Source: Callorhinchus milii (lineage: Eukaryota). From it: a DNA stretch of 64,000 bases. The stretch covers positions 85,066,001 through 85,130,000 of the forward strand of contig NW_024704743.1 of the NCBI RefSeq assembly GCF_018977255.1, given 5' to 3'. Below, one piece after another: positions 1 through 14,161 of this stretch (position 1 is the stretch's first letter; each line of letters starts with the position of its first letter). Under the pieces are notes generated by a model that ran no database searches, was not told the DNA's origin, and saw only the letters and a list, made by a program, of their open reading frames with translations. Position numbers and translations under genes: made by a program.

Positions 1-462
1 TCCCCTACCTCCGCAACATAGCCCGGCTCAGCCACTGCCTCATTCCTCAGGCTGCTGAAATCCTCATTCACGCTTTCATCCAATCTAGGCTCGACTATGC
101 AAACTCCCTGCTTGTGGGGCTTCCCTCTGCAATCGAGTTCCCGCAGACAGTACAGCTCAAAATCGTCCACCCAGCCCGCCCCACCATCAGCAGTCAGGTC
201 TTCAGTCTCACCGCCCTCACGCTTTGGAACCCCATCCCACATTTCCTTCGCCTCACCCCTTCCTTTGCCTCCTTCAAGGCTCGTCTCAAGATCATCCCCT
301 TGGACTGTGCATTCAGCCACCCTCTTATGCTCCTGCCCTCCACCCTCCCTTACCCCAAAACCACTCCCCTGCTTGGGTCCAAATTCGTGACTGTCCAGCA
401 TCTTGGGACGTCCTTCCGACGTGAAAGGCGCTATACAAATGTAATTTTGTATTGTATTTTGT
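1..462 (+). mobile_element. L2-clade LINE 3' end
   Basis: Degenerate ORF2 C-terminus ([26 protein letters not shown]) and tail gggacgtccttccgacgtgaaaggcgctatacaaatgtaattttg. Confidence 0.85.
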
Positions 463-2291
463 TTCGTATTTTTCCCACTAATAATATACGTCACTAGTTC
501 AAGGCAACAGGTAACACATCCAAAATTGTGCAATACTGAGATTTTTTTGTTTGTTTAACACAGCAACACAATTATTGATCACTGTTTTCTCGAATGTGCT
601 GCTGCACATTATCAAGCAGAACTGTCCTTAAAGCCACTTGTATGATTGACGAGATTCCTAATCCAAACATTCACTCATCCAGATGATGGTTGATAGCACA
701 CAGTTCAAATGTGTGGCGGTGAAGTGTATTTGTTGATTTTAGACATGTCGTTTGATTTACGCTTTGCTCAGCAGAATGTACATTGGATTGGCATGTGTTT
801 TGTGGGGCGCCATTGCCAGCTGGCCTGCTGTACTGTCTTAATCAACTTTTGTTTCACTCAACCATGTCCAACACTCCTTCTGATCTTGTTGATGAAAAGC
901 ACTCAGGCTGTTCCCCATGAGAATCATCTCAAGGAATATTAAGGATCTCATTGCTCACATGTTGTGACACATTTACAGTAACACAGTTATGCATTTGTTT
1001 TCCATGCATTTCATTTGGAAAAAGCATTATTGACTGTGGATTTTGTTTTTCGATTGGGAACCTACCTGAAGTGCCAAAGTAGTCCTATAGACAAAGACGA
1101 CAACAACCACAACTTGCATTTATATAGCGCCCTTCAGACCAGACATCCTCTTGGACCGCTTGAAGACCAATGTACACCATGAAAGTTGAAAAGAAGAGCA
1201 GAAAAATCCAAAAGTGGTTTGGTTAGAGAGAGGCATTTAATATACTGTAGAATTGTTAAGGATTTCTAAATATTAAATCAAGACCATAATTAGATGAGTT
1301 CATGCCAATCTGTAAAAGTTTCATTCCAATGTGATCGCTTGCCAAGGCTGTCAAAACAGAGTAGTTGTATGTTGGCATGACCCACATCTACTTACCAACA
1401 GGATTCAAAATTTACAAACCCTTTGTGAATCCAGACTGTGACTCTCTCTCTTTGGAACCCAGAGGGAGCAATGGAGACGACGCAGAGAGCACAGGAGAAA
1501 TGTCTGGTTACCATCTCAAAACAATGGAACATCTTCGTACATTATTAAGTAAGCCATGGAGGACAGAGAAAGAGGGAGAAATCAACTAGGGTGCTCCTTT
1601 CTGAAATGGCCCCGCTAGAAATCCTTTTTTGTTGCCGTCATTGTAGAGCGGATCAGACTTGACTGTGAGTTTTCTCCCCCCCCACCCACCCATGCTACAT
1701 AGGGGTCTCACACATGAAGAATGGGTACTTGTGTGGGAGTAGAGACCTACAGCTATAGAAGCCTTCTTTGCCTCAGTGCCTTCTTTGTAGGAGAGAGGAT
1801 GAAAGTATCCCATTTGTTGGGCAGAGGGTCAAGAAGTGTAGCAGCTGCAGCATCTTTTGAGGGTCAAAACTGTCACAATAACCATGAGGCTGAATGCTCC
1901 ACATTCGGGTAATGCATAACTGTAAGTAGTTTATGTTTACTTCAACTTGAAGCTTAATTGACTGCCTCATTGTCTTTACTCTGTCGTTGCTACTGCTTGT
2001 AAAGAAATGGCCTTAATATTTTTAATAGTCAGCAGGGGGCCTTTTGAGCCCTGATATCATTCCAGCGTATTGAAGCCTCATTAAAATGAGAACATAAATA
2101 GTTATGCTGCAGCGTACTAAATAAAATGCCACTTTTGGGCATCAGCGCACTGAAAATAAATAGACCTGCCCAGCATCTGCTAGCAATCAGGAAAACTGTC
2201 ATTCCCCCAGTGTTTTGACTCCTCCAGTTTGCCAGTTGAGAGACAAAATTTCTATGCTATTCTAGGAAATGTCTGCTTAGTATTGAGTGAC

Positions 2292-2430
2292 TTTTTCTCT
2301 CTTTTTGTCTCCCTTTCTTCTCTTTCTTTCCTTCCTTCCTTCTTTCCTTCTTTCTTTCCTTTGTTCCTGCTTTCCTTCTATTCCTTCTTTCCTTCCTTCT
2401 TCCTTCTTTCCTGCCTTCTTTCCTTCCTTA
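2292..2430 (+). repeat. (CTTT/CCTT)n polypyrimidine simple repeat
   Basis: Direct reading. Confidence 0.9.
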
Positions 2431-3769
2431 ATTGATGTCAGTGCAGAATTGATGTCAGTGATTATGACGTTTGAAATATATTCTACAGTGCAGCCATTAT
2501 ATTCCACAATGCAACGCCAGGTCTGAGAAAGATCTTTCAAGATTTGATAATGTTTGATCTGTGGTCTGCTTGAAGTGCTACTAATTTTTCTCTTGAAAGC
2601 TTCTCCATCAATATATGTATTCGCCATTCCCTGCTCATCTCCCTGCCTCTGTGCAGTCCCGACAGCTACACAGGGAGTATCCAATTTGCCTTTTTTAACT
2701 GATAGTTATTAGTCTTATGAGGTGCTGGATACCTGCCCAATGACTTTAACGAAATTCTGTTTATATTTATATTTTATGTTTTATGTCAGCGCCTTGGGAC
2801 GTCCTCCCGAAGTGAAAGGCGCTACACAAATGTAATCTTGTTGTAAATAAAAAGGAAAATATTTTAATTGAATATGGCAAAGTTTTTTATATATATATAC
2901 ACACACACAGAGTTTGGTCATGGTATTTAAGAAAGCATTTGATTTTCTATAGCGTCTAAACATCTTAAAGCACTTCTCAATAATTACTTCCATCTGTGGT
3001 GACTGTGTCTCCTGGCACACATGGCAGCCATTTTGTGAACAGTGAGGTCCCACAAACTGCCATGAATTGAATGACCAATTTTATCCAGAGGATTGTTGGC
3101 CAGGATACTGGGAGAAACTCCCTTATCTTTTCCAATACGTCCCCTGAACAAGCTGACAGGACCTCAGTTTAATGTCTCATCTGAAGGACAATACCAATCA
3201 CAATGTAATGCTCCCACAACAAATTGCATTTATATAGCGCCGTTCATGTTGGGAGGAGCACTGCACTCGAGTAAGCTGAGTGTGTGAGCTCAAGTTCCCA
3301 CTGTAATATATGTTAATCAGTACTTACATATTTTGTAATATTTTATACTTACATATAGTTTGATAATAATACTTGTTAAAAGTTTTCTGAGCCAGTCATT
3401 CCACAGTGTCAGGAGGGACAGTGAACTCAGTTTGAGGAGGAAGAAGTGGTTCAAGGTCACTTCTGGGCAACAAAATTGCATCCCGGGAGGATTATTTAAT
3501 GTGAGAGCGCCAGTTGAATACATATTTACTGAAGGCTACTGTCCAACTTCTGCAGTTTTGTAACGTCATTCCATGAGGACATGATTATTGCTGACACTGT
3601 TTGACTAGAAGCCTTAATTCTGTCAGTGAAATGTTTAGATGTTCGCCTCCAGGTCACAGCACTTAGCAGTGTATCTTTTTAAGCGCTAATAGTGACCTGC
3701 AAGGAATGCTCATATGCAATTGCTCAAATTCCTTATTAATAAATAGTAATACATATAATAATAACCCTT

Positions 3770-4170
3770 ACAACAACAACAAAAACTTGCAATTATATAG
3801 CACCCTTCACACCGCATGGCATCTCAGAGTGCTTAACAATGATGGAGCCCGATGCCAAGCCGGGAGGTGGAAGGTAACCATAGGCACTGTCGTTGAGGAA
3901 GGTCTTCAATCGCAACTTGAAAATGGGATAGAGGGGTCAAGGCGAAGGGATCAAGGGAGCAAATTTCGCAGCTTTGGGGCGTAGTGGCTGAAAGCACGGG
4001 CGAAGTTGGTGGAGTTGAGGGACTGGGGGACAAGAAGGAGGCCGAGCCAGTCAAGCGGAGGCAGCGGGTAGTGGTGTAGGGAGAGAGCAGGTTGGACAGA
4101 TAGGGGGGGCGGTTCCAGGGAGTGTAGGGATTTAAAGTACAAGAGTGAGGATCTTGAAATCGATCTGACG
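3770..4170 (-). mobile_element. L2 LINE 3' fragment
   Basis: Minus-strand PPYLSNLLSPY..RAFSHYAPKL peptides and (AAC)n tail. Confidence 0.75.
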
Positions 4171-4954
4171 AGTACAAATTTCCATTTGATATAGCTCCTT
4201 ATCATGTCATCGAGACGTCTTAAAGAGCTTCACAGAATATAGTGTAAAGCGAATTGACTGTTTATTTTGTGGGTGAAATACAGCAGGATTTGCACAGTCG
4301 TGGATTCAGTGACCAAATTATTATTCTTTTGTAAAATTTATTTTTGGAGGGGATCCTTCAATTGACTAACAATTGGGTTCCTACTTACTGCTAGGTAAAT
4401 AAAGGATTGTGGAGTAAGGAAACTTACATAACATTTCGCCCTGCCCAAGAATAAAACCAGGTCTCTCGCTTGCACTACATGACTCCACTACAAATTAGAC
4501 CCTATTACCACTGACTTTCAGTACAGGTCTTAGAGGCTACAACATCTCAACCCTTGAATATTTGTTGGATAAAAGTCCCTCTTCCAACCCATTTCTAATT
4601 TGTTTTGAAAGTCACAATGGAGTGGCTGGCTAATAAATGTGAGGAACTTGCTCTCATATCAAGTGCCTCTTGTCCCTTACCCTTCTGATTATTTTCTAGT
4701 GTTGGGAATCTATATGACACAAAGTATCAAGGAAGATAACAACCCTAAATAGGAAGCCGGGCAACAAACTGCTTTCTATATTTTTTATTTCAATACAAAG
4801 TTAGGTTATTTTTCTGGAGTATCAAATTGAAGGAGTTTACATGTGGGTGTACATCGCCACCTGGTGGTCTTAATTAAAGTTTAAACTAACATTTTGATTG
4901 ATAGATGGAATAAAATGTATTGCGGCAGCCATTTTACGCACAATAAAGTCTCAC

Positions 4955-5810
4955 CAACAGCCGAAATCCTGGTCCACTTTGTCACTTCCCAACTGGACTA
5001 TTCCAATACCCTTCCCACTGGTCTCCCCAGCTCCTCAATCCACAAAATGCAACTAATTCAGAACTCCGCCGCCGGATTCTCACCCACACAAAACACCGTA
5101 CACAACAACAAAATTACATTTATAGAGCGCCTTTCACGTCGGGAGGACGTCCCAAAGCACTGGAGCAGACCAGAGCCCGCTGAATGGAGGGAGCGGGCAG
5201 GTTGGTAGGGAGTCAGCAGGTCAGAGAGGTCGGAGGGGCAAGGCCATGGATGGCCTTAAAGGTGAGGATGAGGATCTTGAATTCAATCCCTGGGGGATGG
5301 GGAGCCAGTGGAGTCGGGCGAGGGTGTGAGTGATGGGGTCAAGGAGTCTATGCGTGCGAGTGCACGAGCTGCAGAGTTTTGGATGATCTACAGCTTGTGA
5401 AGGGAAGAGTTGGGAAGGCCGATGAGGAGGAAGTTCCCATAATCAAGCCCCCAGTCCTTGCCAGACTCCACTTGCTCCCAATTACTGAACGAATTGATTT
5501 CAAGATCCTCTCACTCATTTTCAAATGCTTTCATGCCTTCACCTATGAAGGCAGCGGGTGGAGGAGGTAAGCAGTCAGATTTCACCTATCTGATTGCTTA
5601 CCACCCCCACTCCTCCACCTGCTGCCTCCACTCAGCTGGCTCCAGCCTTCTGTTCGTCCCTCTTACACACCGCTCCACCATCAGTGGCCATGTTGTAAGC
5701 CACTACACCATCACCTCCCACCTCCCTCTCCCCCGGTTTCGGGTCAGACTTTGCCATTGTCTGGGATGCAGCCCATGTGAGGGGTGCTATATAGATGCAA
5801 GTTATTGTTG
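4955..5810. mobile_element. Older L2 (+) interrupted by a minus-strand L2 fragment at ~5101-5440
   Basis: + strand EILVHFVTSQLDYSNTL..QLIQNSAA resumes as PVLARLHLLPITERIDFKIL after a minus-strand L2 beginning with its aacaacaaaattacatttatagagcgcc tail. Confidence 0.75.
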
Positions 5811-5924
5811 AGGGGAAGGACCAATTCATTTGGAGGATTGTTGACTAGGACACCAGAAGAACCTTTCTTCTCATCAAGTAGTGCTGTGGGATCTTTAATT
5901 TCCATACTTAATAGACAGATGGGA

Positions 5925-6247
5925 GGAGTCCTGTAGCTCAGTGGTTAGAGCGCTGGCTTTGCAAGCGAGAGACCTGAGTTCAATTCCAGGCAGGGCGAAA
6001 CCTTGAGCAAGTTTCCTTACTCCACACGCCTTATAATAATCCCTCCAAAAAAATAAAACAGTAATAAATTGGTCATTTTCAATCTACGACTATTTGTGGG
6101 ACACTGCTGTGCGCAATTGGCTGCCACGTTCGCCCACAAATATGCAGTCAATTCACTTTACAGTATATTTTGTGAAGCGCTTTGGGACGTCTAGAAGACA
6201 TGAAAAGCGGTATATCAAATGGAAGGATTATTATTATTATTATTATT
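5925..6247 (+). mobile_element. tRNA-Ala-derived SINE with L2 tail (short form)
   Basis: A box TAGCTCAGTGG, TTGCAA anticodon loop, B box GAGTTCAATTCC, (TTA)n tail. Confidence 0.9.
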
Positions 6248-7240
6248 GATTTAATATCCCAAAGCACTTGAGACATTGGTCTGTCAGTCTGATTGTGAGC
6301 AAATCTCAAAAAGCACAGCAGGGCACAGCACCGTGTTTTAATTTGCTGTGAATCAACCCGCCAACTCATGCTGAATCAAATAGGATCATGTATAGACCTA
6401 AAAAACAGGTTCCAGTTTGCTGTGAATTGTTGACTGAAAAAGATTCTTGTTTGGGAGTTTATTGCAGGGTTATGCCAACTTGTGGTCAACTGTAATTATT
6501 TTTGTGTGGGTTTCAATGTGTAATCCTGTTTGTGTTAGTTTCAGTCCTGGGAAAGGAACACAGTGGGTTCTAGTTTCCTTAATAAGGAATTCCATTAGGA
6601 TTCTCGATGGCAATGCAGAAACTTTACTCCAGAAGTTTATCTCCAGAGCACAGTTACCATAGGATGGGTAACATGAAAGAGTCCACATTTTGCACAACTT
6701 AGGTTCCTTATCCGGTTCCTTATTAAGGAATCTGGCTACAACAGACCACAAATTAGGCCCCATTTTATAATTTCCTTCTTCTGTTCAGCAAACACTAGCC
6801 TGATTCATTCCCCCATCTGATTTACTTCACCATCAGTGGGCAAGCTTTGAGTCATTTTGCCCCGTTCTCTGCCTTAAGTCCTGTCTCTTGACAATGACAA
6901 TGGTTTCAGTCATCTTTCTCTCCTTTTGGTGACACCTTAAAATGTGTCACCTTTAATACAGCTCATAATTTCTGGCTGGCATTTTATTTGTCATTGTCAG
7001 AGAACCATAATGCCATAAAAAATTACACCACTGTGCATGTGCTGCCTCTCATAAAGAGCTATCCATTCAATTCCATTCTCCTGCGTTTTTTCCATTCCCT
7101 TTTATATCTCTGTAAATCGAATGATTGATATGGTAAACTGTAGCATTTAATATGATTTACAACTTTCTCCCAGTTATATGGGTATTGTGTCTGACAAACA
7201 ATGCAGATTGCTGTGTGGTCAGGGGTTTGCATAATGTATG

Positions 7241-7690
7241 TGTCAGCCTGGCTCAGTTGCTATCATTCTTGCCTCTGAGTCAAAAGGTTGTAGGTTCAAG
7301 ATCCATGTTGAGACTTTGAACACATACAGTCTAGAGTGATACTCCAGTACAGTGCAGAGGGAGAACTGCACTGCATTATTGGTGGAGCTGTCTTTTGGAT
7401 GAAAAGATAAACCGTCTGCCTATTCAGTTGGATGCTAAATTTCTATTTGAAACGAGAAACAAAATTTTCCCAGTGTCCTGGCCAACAATCTTCCAGGTAA
7501 AACTGGTCCAGCTCCTTAGGACATCCTCCTGACGTGAAATGCGTTATAAATGTAATTTGTTGTTGGTTAATCACTTAATGGCTGTTTGGGGACATTGCTC
7601 TTTGCAAAATTGGTTAAACTGTTTGCCGACAAAATACACAGTTGCTACTCTTTGCAGTAAAATCATGTGACGTGTTTTGAGTCGTCATCT
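7241..7690 (+). mobile_element. Deu-domain SINE (SacSINE1/AmnSINE1-like), old
   Basis: Head gtcagcctggctcagttg..cctctgagtcaaaaggttgtaggttcaag followed by Deu-like ctgtcttttggatga..aaaccg..ccagtgtcctggccaac; carries a short L2 tail insertion. Confidence 0.7.
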
Positions 7691-8249
7691 GTATTTTAAT
7701 GTTTAAAATATAATGTACAGCATATTTAAGACAAGATATTTCCTACCACATGTTTGTGGGATAGGGGAGGAATTTTATCAAAGTGCTTCCTTACACAACC
7801 TTTTTCTTTCACAAGATCGTGAAATAAGACAGAACTTTCATAATGATTCATGCTTGCTGCACTGTCAATTCTATAAGATGATTTTGATGCCAGTAAGAGA
7901 AGAATCATATCGTAAAGCTTATCTAAATGTTTGTCCAAGCTCCTGCTAATTCCTTACAGTAGGACTTTTAGCACAGGACTGGCCACTGTTTCTAAAAATG
8001 GTATAATCAATACGAACAAAATTTAAGCTATTTAGAAAGTCCTTGAGGCTAATATTAGGGACACCTTATGCCAGCCTTTAACACACAATTACAATGGGCT
8101 GTTTGTGTGTGTAATAATATTAATCTATAATATAGTGCCTATCAGGAGGGCTTAGTTTACTATTTTTACTTTATTTTTATTTTATTTTATTTTTATTTTA
8201 TTTTTACTGTTTAGTGTATTACCTGCCTCTTGTAGAATTCCATATTATA

Positions 8250-8632
8250 GTGAAGTCCTGTAGCTCAGTGGTTAGAGCACTTGCCTCACAAGCGAGAGAC
8301 CTGGGCTCGATTCCTGGCAAGGCAAAACATTGGGCAAGTTTCCTTGCTCCACGTGCCTCTGTTTACCTAGCAGTAAGTAGGAACCCAGTTGTGAGTCGTT
8401 TGCTGGATCGTTTTTTTGAGGGTAATAATTCCTTCAATAACAAAACAAAACAAATTGGTCACTCAATCTACAACTGTTTGTGGGACAATGCTGTGCGCAA
8501 TTAATTGGCTGCTGCATTTTGCCCACAAAATATACAGTCAATTCACTTTACAATATATTCTGTGAAGCGCTTTGAGACGTCTCGAAGACGTGATGAGGCA
8601 CTATATCAAACGCAAGGATTATTATTATTATT
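8250..8632 (+). mobile_element. tRNA-derived SINE (long form)
   Basis: Same head plus central ctgtttacctagcagtaagtaggaaccc segment. Confidence 0.9.
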
Positions 8633-9710
8633 TTGCAGGCAAATGCACCAGCCAATTTGTGCACAGCAATGTCCTACAGACAGCCTGGGAGAAACTCCTC
8701 TTTTGAATCATGTTTTGGGATTTTAAAATCCATCTGAATAGGCAAGAAGGACCTTGGTTTAACATCTCGTCCGAAGCATGGCACTCCAACAATGCAGTGC
8801 ACCCCCAACATTTTATTGGAGTGTCAGTCTAAATGATGTGAATTCAAAGTCAGATATGGAGCTTGAACCCACAACCTTTTTACTCAGAGGCAAGTGTACT
8901 ACTGACTGAGCCAAACAGAATGGCACCCAGTGTTCCTGTATCTACAGAAATATCTTTGATTTGTCAGTTGGTTATGATTAAGTGCAGTATCTGTTCTTTT
9001 CAGTTATGCCTCAGGCTTGTGTAGTTCCTGACACCTGGCTCTCCTTTTGAGGTTTGGATTGATGAAAGGGATGCCCCGATCTGAACCTCCCCATTATTTA
9101 TTTAAGGGGCAATGAGTTGCTGAGCTCAGGAATACCTTGCCCTCAGCTCTGTTTTGGCTGGGATTGAGATTAGGCCAGTCTTGATCCTGACGAGTTTGAT
9201 CCACCCCAAATGGGGGAATAGAGAAGTGTGCTTTGGAGTACTGCTGGAGTCTAACCAGTTAAATCCACATAGCTTGCCAATGAAAGCATTGTCTGGCAAG
9301 CTTTCCTGCTGCTTGTCCAGCTAGAACCATCCTACCCATTAGGGCTTTGTCTTACAAGGTTAACAGTTGCTGAGTAGCTGCCTCCATGTCTGATCTGCCC
9401 TTCTACACCGTGACGATGTGTCAGGCTGGCTGGACTGTCATCAGCAGTGCCCTAGTGTATTACAGACCCGCCTGGATCGGGACCTGGAGTACCGAGACCA
9501 CAGAGGGATGGCTCGATTCCACCCTTCCATTGCCAAACATGTCACCTTGGATTCAGTTCAGTTCCAAGGAGCCTTCGCTTACCTCGCCCCAACCTTGCTG
9601 TCCTTTGCTATCCTCGAGGAGAGATAAGCACAACCAGTGTGCCCTTTGCCCCTTCTCTGCGGAGTCCTTCAGAACATTGTCGGGCTAAAGCTGGAACTGG
9701 AAAAGGGATT

Positions 9711-10510
9711 TGATCTCTAGGCTCTCTCGCCATTCCCTCTTTGAACCCCTCCAATCCGGCTTCTGCGCTGCCCACAGCACGGAAACAGCCCTGGTCAAAA
9801 TCATTAATGACATTTTGAACATCTATGATCAGGGCTCCCTCTGCCTCCTTGTCCTCCTCAACCTCTCTGCCGCCTCCGACACTGTCGACCACTCCATCCT
9901 CATACACCGCCTCTTTGCTTTACTCAATCTTCATGGATCTGGCCTTGCCTGGTTCAATTCCTATCTCTCTCACCGTCTCTACTTTGTTGCCTCTCACGGT
10001 TTCTCCTCCAGCCCCCGAACTGTCATGTCTGGCGTCCCCCAGGGCTCTGTCCTTGGCCCTCTCCTCTTTAATATCTACATGCTCCCCCTTGGTGACATCA
10101 TCCGCAGACATGGGGTCAACTTCCATATATACGCAGATGATACCCAACTCTATCTTTCTGCCTCCACCCTCAACTCCAGGACCACTGCTGTCCTGACAGA
10201 CTGCCTGTCGGACATCAAGTCCTGGATGAGGGCAAACTTCCTACAGTTGAATGTGAACAAGACTGAAGCCCTCCTGATTGGCTCACGCCAGCGCCTCTGC
10301 ACCTCAGGCTCTGGCAACATCAACCTCCATGGTTGCACACTACAACTCACCAAGCCAGTCAGGAACCTAGGTGTCTTGTTCGACCCTCAACTGTCTTTTC
10401 TTCCCCACATTCAAGCCATGACCCGCTCTGCCTTCCCTCACCTCCGTAACATTGCCCGACTCCACCACTACCTCACCCCTCAGGCCACTGAAACTCTTGT
10501 TCATGCATTT
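9711..10510 (+). mobile_element. L2 LINE reverse transcriptase fragment
   Basis: ORF 9710-10537: QSGF..HSTETAL, GVPQGSVLGPLLF, YADD, NLGVLFD; truncated at both ends. Confidence 0.93.
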
Positions 10511-10725
10511 CAGACCCAGCATTTCAAACCCCTATAATTTGTTGGAAAAAATAAGCAGGAATCTACCTTTTTTGTTTGGCAGATCTTGTATGGAAAGCAC
10601 ACTTTCTTCTCTGCTTGCCTCATCTCAGAGAGTTTAGGAGCAGGTAGGAAGCATCAAGTCTTGGGATGCCCAGAGTGTGAATTGGGTTATTTCTGGAGTT
10701 TAACCAGTCAAAACCAAATTCGTAA

Positions 10726-11802
10726 ATCATAGAATCATAGAATAGAATAGAATGTTACGGCACAGAAGGAGGCCATTCAGCCCATCGAGTCTGTGCCGGC
10801 TCTTTGACAGAGCAACTGACTTTTATTAACCCCACTCATCAGCTTTCTCCCTACAACCCTGCAAACCCGTCTTCCCCAGATACCTATCCAGTTCTCTCTT
10901 AAAAGCTGTTATCGAATCAGACTTCACTACCCTTTCGGGCAGATCATTCCAAATTCTAACAATTCGCTGAGTGAAAAAATTTCTTCTAACCTCCCCTCTG
11001 CTTCTTTTGGTAGATATCTTAAGACTGTGACCACGAGTCACAGACACACCTACCAGCGGAAACAGCTTTTCCCTATCTAGCCTGTCGAAACCTTTCATGA
11101 TCTTGAAGACCTCTATCAGGTCCCCGTGTAACCTTCTCTGCTCTAATGGGAAAAGTCCTAACTTTTCCAGCCTGTCCTCACAGCTAAGCTTCCCCATTCC
11201 TGGTATCATTCTCGTGAATTTCCTCTGCATCCTTTCCAGTGCCTTAATATCTTTCCTGAGGTAAGGTGCCCAGAACTGGACGCAGTACTCCAGCTGAGGC
11301 CTAACCAGTGTTTTGTACAGATTAAACATAACCTCCCTACTCTTATACTCTATGCCCCTACTAATGAAGCTCAGTACACCAAATGCCCTTTTTACTGCCC
11401 TGTCTACCTGCTCTGCCACCTTCAATGAATCGCTTACTTGAATGCCCAGATCTCTCTGTACGTTCCCCCCCTTAAGATTGAGCTACCAAGCCTATATTGC
11501 CTCCTATCATTTTTCCTGCTTAAGTATATCACCTCGCACTTATCTACATTGAAATCCATCTGCCACATGTCAGCCCATTCCACCATTCTGTCACTCAGCC
11601 AGTTCTTAATCCAAACTGCCACTGTCCCTTAATACCGTGAGCCTCCAGTTTTTTTATTAACCTCTTATGCGGTACTGTGTCAAAAGCCTTTTTAAAATCC
11701 ATGTAAATAATGTCCACCGCATTTCCCTCATCAACCCTCGCAGTCACCTCTTCAAAAAATTCTATTAGATTTGTTAGGCAAGATTTGCCTTTAAAAAATC
11801 CA
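10726..11802 (-). mobile_element. CR1 LINE 3' portion with an internal deletion
   Basis: [54 protein letters not shown]1 3' UTR and (TTCTATGA)n-type tail at ~10726-10752. Confidence 0.93.
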
Positions 11803-13777
11803 AGCATAAATTTAACAAATGCAGCCATAAATTTGAAACCAGTTTCATGTGCATTATTTTAAGAACTACAGTAAACTGAATTCAAAATTAAGTCTGAATT
11901 CAATAATTTGCCAAATCCTGGACATCCTAAAATGCTACATTAATAGAATAAATATATACTCGGTTGGAATTTGTCCCCAATAATCTACACCAATTTCTGC
12001 CAAATGTAAATATTGTGTCTACTATCATTCTTTCCTATAAAGAAAAATATTGTATTTTCAAAAGCAAACACAGGAGTTCAAAAGTATAGCTTAGATGACA
12101 AGTTGCATCATGTTCTGAGAACAGTAATGTTGCCAAAAACTGCAAGGGTGATTGGCTTTTGAAGCCAGCTATGAGAAACTGGTGTATGAGAAATGTTATA
12201 AGCAATTGAGTTTGTTCTGCAGTGAAGTGGTTCAGTCGAACCAATTCGTGGGTCACAGTGCTAACAGATACAGCTGCCGTCAAATACATTTCCTTCAGAT
12301 TTTCTAGAGCCTTCATGGTTTTCCTTGGAACCAAAAGTCTAGGGGGATTTTTGTCTGTTCAAAATCTCTCTGAAAGTTAGAAGGAGCTTACTCTGAACCC
12401 CCACAGTGGCCTCTTGTGGAGTATCATAAAGGTTACATCTGGCCACAAGATTAAATTCTGATTCATTACAAAGGTCCTGCACTGTCTGATTGTTTAATTT
12501 AACTCCTTGGTGGGTATCTTTAATCTCTTATCCTTGGGAGTTTTCCTTTAGATCTAAACATATTTTCTAAAAATAACTCCATGTGAGAATGCTGGAACGC
12601 CACTTCTACTGTTGGTGAGGAATTAGCACTTTAAACCTTCTGTAATCCAATTCACCACTAAGTGGCAATTTATAAATGAGAAAAGTGTTGTGAATAGCAT
12701 GGGGGAAGTAATTGCTGACATAACGCTCCAAATTATTATTAATGTGAGTATTAATGAGGGCATTCAGCAAACAATCCACAGATGGGCACCATTTCCCCAG
12801 TCCTGCAATTTCTGAATTAGTCACATCTGCAAAACATCTGCCAAATCTTTGGGACGGGGATCATTTATTTTACTTTAGTGATTTCTTATGAAAGTAAAGT
12901 GATATTATATTATATTATTTCAAGTTAAGACCTTGCTGGTGGCAGATTCTTGGCAACTCTAAAAAGTCACTGGCTTTCATTACACAGCACAGTGACTTAG
13001 CACATCATTGACAGCGAACATACCTGTTCTATTTAGCATCTTGTTTAATTTCCATAAAACTGTCATAGTCTTTGTTAGATAAAGATAAAATAGCGGAGAA
13101 TAAAGCTGGACTGCTCTCAGAAGAAGTTAAGGGCATGTTAGCTTTCTCTTCTGAAATACACGTTTCCCTTATATCATTAGAACTCTGCATACAGTGCAAT
13201 ATTGAACAGGAACGAAGGAAGACAATGAGTCATCCTTTGATGGTACTTATTTAATTTCTAGATTCAAATACAGCCCAGCATACCACACATTCTAATGTAA
13301 ATAGATAACAACCCTCTAGACTGAGCTATTAGCTAACACTGAAAAATAAAAATTCAAAAAGTTCACATATGGATCCAAAGAAATATATTCTACTCCTTTA
13401 TTGTTCTTTTGTACGCTGGTATCAAAGAACACACGTATGCTGAGAAATAATAATGATGCTTGCGTTTCTTATAGCGTCTTATCATATAAGATATCTCAAA
13501 GCACGTTACATGATTTTAATGTGAAGTGTAGTGACAGTGTATTTGTAGAAAAACAATTGCCACCAATTAGGTGGATCAGGCCTATCTTAATAATATTATT
13601 ATTAGTAGTAGTATAAAGAGATAGCAATGTCCCACAAACAAACATGTGGTGAATGACCAATTTTATCTGGGAGATTGTTGGCCAAATATCTACTTATTGT
13701 AGCTCTTTTAAAAATGCATAGATGAACCATTGTTACAGTATAAATTTTTAAAAACAAAGGTTAGCTGTTTCTTTGTT

Positions 13778-14161
13778 GTGGAGTCTTGTAGCTCAGTGGT
13801 TAGAGCACTCGCCTCGCAAGCGAGAGACCTGGGTTCGATTCCCGGCAGGGCAAAATGTTGGGCAAGTTTCCTTACTCCACACACCTCTGTTTACCCAGCA
13901 GTAAGTAAGAACCCAATTGTTAGTCAATTAGTGGATCGCTTTTCCAGGGATAATAATTCCTTTGAAAAAAATTATAATAAATTGGTTCACTTCAATCCAC
14001 AACTGTTTTTTGGACACTGCTATGTGCAATTGGCTGCTGTGTTTCACCCACAAAATATAGTCAATTCACTTTACTGTATATTCTGTGAAGCACTTTGAGA
14101 TGTCTCAAAGACGTGATAAGGTGCTATATCAAATGCAAGGATTAGTAAGCATTATTATTAT
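13778..14161 (+). mobile_element. tRNA-derived SINE (long form)
   Basis: Full-length match to the 8250 copy. Confidence 0.9.

Noticed and set aside
9710..10537. Functional or domesticated reverse transcriptase gene
   Set aside because: Truncated, conserved DLSAAFD degraded to NLSAASD, no endonuclease; ordinary L2 relic.
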